Positions 62,222-64,000 of a stretch of 64,000 nucleotides of DNA are shown in pieces. The notes below the pieces were generated by a model that saw only the letters and a program-made list of their open reading frames with translations, did not search any database and had not been told where the DNA came from. The first letter of the stretch is position 1; every line of letters begins with the position of its first letter. This DNA is from Azolla caroliniana (Eukaryota > Plantae > Polypodiophyta), in NCBI GenBank assembly GCA_043228905.1, contig JBHGNT010000018.1:1054001-1118000 (forward strand), written 5' to 3'. A program made the translations under genes and the position numbers.

Positions 62222-64000
62222 TCCCGGTTCTCGCCACCGAGGGATTCGCGGTTTCGCTCGTGGTTCGGCCGCACCATCAGAAATTGGACCGAATGGCGCC
62301 CATCCTGGCTTTTGACCCTCGCGTAGGCCGAACCGTTGTCCAGCACCTTGGTCTCCATTCGCACCGCCGTGATGTATGGTTCCCCTAATATGACCGGGTG
62401 CAAGGACGTCTCCTGTACAAAGAAGTGCTGGTCAATCTCGATGTCGCCGATCTTGACTCGCACGTTCGGGCAGGCCCCGTGCAATTCCTCGGTGGCGCGC
62501 GTCGCCGCCCGTATCTTCCACCCGTGCTTGGTGTTGATCGGCCACTTTCCCTTCTTATAGAAGTCCATGGACATCAGGTTTATTTCCGAACCGTGGTCCA
62601 CCAATGCCACCACCGGTTCCTGAACATCTCCGATCTTTACCGGGGTCTCCGTGGTCGCTCGGGCCCAGTGTGGCCTCGAATAGTGGCTCTCCGCCCACTC
62701 ATCTTCTAGCGCCAAGTCGTCGATGTGCGTCGTCCGCACCTCCACCGGTCTTTCCGGTTCCGTCTCCGTCGACAGCCTCTTCCGCTTCACCAAGTCCACA
62801 ATGGAGTCGTGGAACTCCTTCTTGGCGATCCCTAGCACCTCCCGCAATGACAGCTCCACTTTGCTATCGAGGATCCGTTCTTCTAGGACCTTTCGTAGGT
62901 CCGTGGTCCTTTCTATTTCCGTCCCTAGTCGGTATCCGCCCTTCTTGGGGTTATCTTGCGCGCTGGACCCACCGGCTTCGTTTCGTCGTTGCCCGAATCG
63001 GGTCTCGTATCGTTGTGAGGGCCCGGCCGCTCCGGCTTTCCCCACTCGTTTGTCTTCTACCAGAGCCTCGTAGTTCCGGCAGGCGGCTTCTACGAAGCCC
63101 ATCTTTTCCTCGACCGGGTCGCTCCACCCGGTTATTTCCGGGACCCGTCTCTCAGCGCGGTCCGTTTCATCTTTCCTCAGCCGTGCGCCGGCGAGACCTT
63201 CCAGCATTGCCGACCAGAATCCTTCTTTGCCCTCCTTTCGGGCCTCGCTGCCCCCGACCCGAATGCCGGCCGACGCCGAGTAGTGGATGGCCTCCACGTG
63301 TCGGGCCGCTGCCTCTTCCATCAGTCTCTTCATACGTCATCGCCCGTCGTTCCGGTTTAGGGCCCTTCTGGTATCGCCGGCGTGCACCCGGCCTTCCCAT
63401 AGGTACACCACCCGGTTCCTCAACGCCTCTACGAAATCGCCGCAGTCCTTCCGAATGTGGCCGACCTCATCGCACCACATGCACTTGTTCCCTGCTACCG
63501 GACGTCGGTCACGAGCCGGTTCGCCGCCTTCCCTTCGAGTCTGGGCGATCTGGAGATCCTTTATCGCCCGCATCAACTCCTCCAGCGCTCCTCCTCCGGA
63601 CGAGTCATTGACCATGCCGGTCGGAGCCGAACCGGTTTCGAGCCACTCCCGGGTCTCTTCCCTTCGCCCTTGTGGTGCCGGTTCAAGCCTCCTTGCTGTG
63701 ATAGAGCCCGCTTCGGTCGCCCCGTTGTCAGCCCATTCTCGCCGTTTGTCGAAACGGCCACAGACTCTCTTAACCGTCGTCCAGTCGGTCGTCCGCCCGT
63801 CTTCTGTTTCTAGCAAGGAGCCGACTTGATCCCGGTCCTGCTCGTCCACCGACTTGACGAACAGTTGGACCCGGCTCGTATCCAGAACGGTTCGGTCAAG
63901 CGCCGAAAGGCGCGCAAAGTGTTCCTCAAACTCCTGGAGGAGTGCCGACGCATTTCTTCCCTTGCCGGGGGACTCCACCCATTCCATGAAGTTCCGTTTC
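62212..64000 (-). pseudogene. Gypsy gag-protease frame with one premature TGA at 63339-63337
   Basis: ORFs 63337-63987 and 62212-63333 are in the same frame, separated by GGG CGA TGA CGT ATG. Confidence 0.85.

Larger units (their letters stand above)
52643..64000 (-). mobile_element. GC-rich Ty3/Gypsy retrotransposon (non-chromovirus), 5' part beyond the right edge; 3' LTR = 58644-58524 + 53192-52643 (671 bp), split by the Copia insertion
   Basis: gag (CMWC..GH..KDC), protease ALVDHGSEINL, RT (LRFIQDLQPVN, LPQGGTNS, FLDD), RNase H, integrase (GHRG, CESCQ, DRGE, NGKVERGH, WFGPY) in Gypsy order. PPT GTTAGGTGGGGGCAGA at 58660-58645; LTR bounded by TG...CA. Confidence 0.95.

Noticed and set aside
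59558-63339. Programmed stop-codon readthrough at the three Gypsy in-frame stops
   Set aside because: One lies inside the integrase core, none has a CARYYA-type readthrough context, and all are explained by single C-to-T changes.
53824-63829. Numerous 60-335 aa plus-strand and alternate-frame ORFs, including 62604-63611
   Set aside because: Shadow ORFs expected opposite GC-rich retrotransposon coding sequence; no recognisable motifs.

Overview
Eukaryotic land-plant nuclear DNA (AT-rich spliceosomal introns, abundant microsatellites; probably a compact-genome non-seed plant such as a fern or lycophyte, which is inference only). Bases 1-47.7 kb are gene-dense, with seven intron-containing genes: an unidentified gene running off the left edge (-), ALKBH1 (+), a single-domain glyoxalase/VOC protein (+), IWS1/SPN1 (-), RBP45/47 (+), a CLD1-like alpha/beta hydrolase (-) and a two-domain plastid glyoxalase I (-). 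LINE, SINE and MITE remnants and local tandem duplications lie between and within them. Bases 47.8-64 kb are a retroelement nest: a decayed chromovirus, an L1 fragment split by a probable solo LTR, a gag-only LTR derivative, and a GC-rich Ty3/Gypsy element whose 3' LTR (20-bp terminal inverted repeats) is split by a young intact Ty1/Copia (606-bp LTRs, 3 mismatches, ACTTC TSD). The best novel signals are a complete -1 ribosomal frameshift cassette (GGAUUUU, 6-nt spacer, H-type pseudoknot) placed after the protease in the Gypsy element, and a candidate non-canonical GA-AG intron in the CLD1-like gene. All homology calls are from recalled motifs; no database searches were run.
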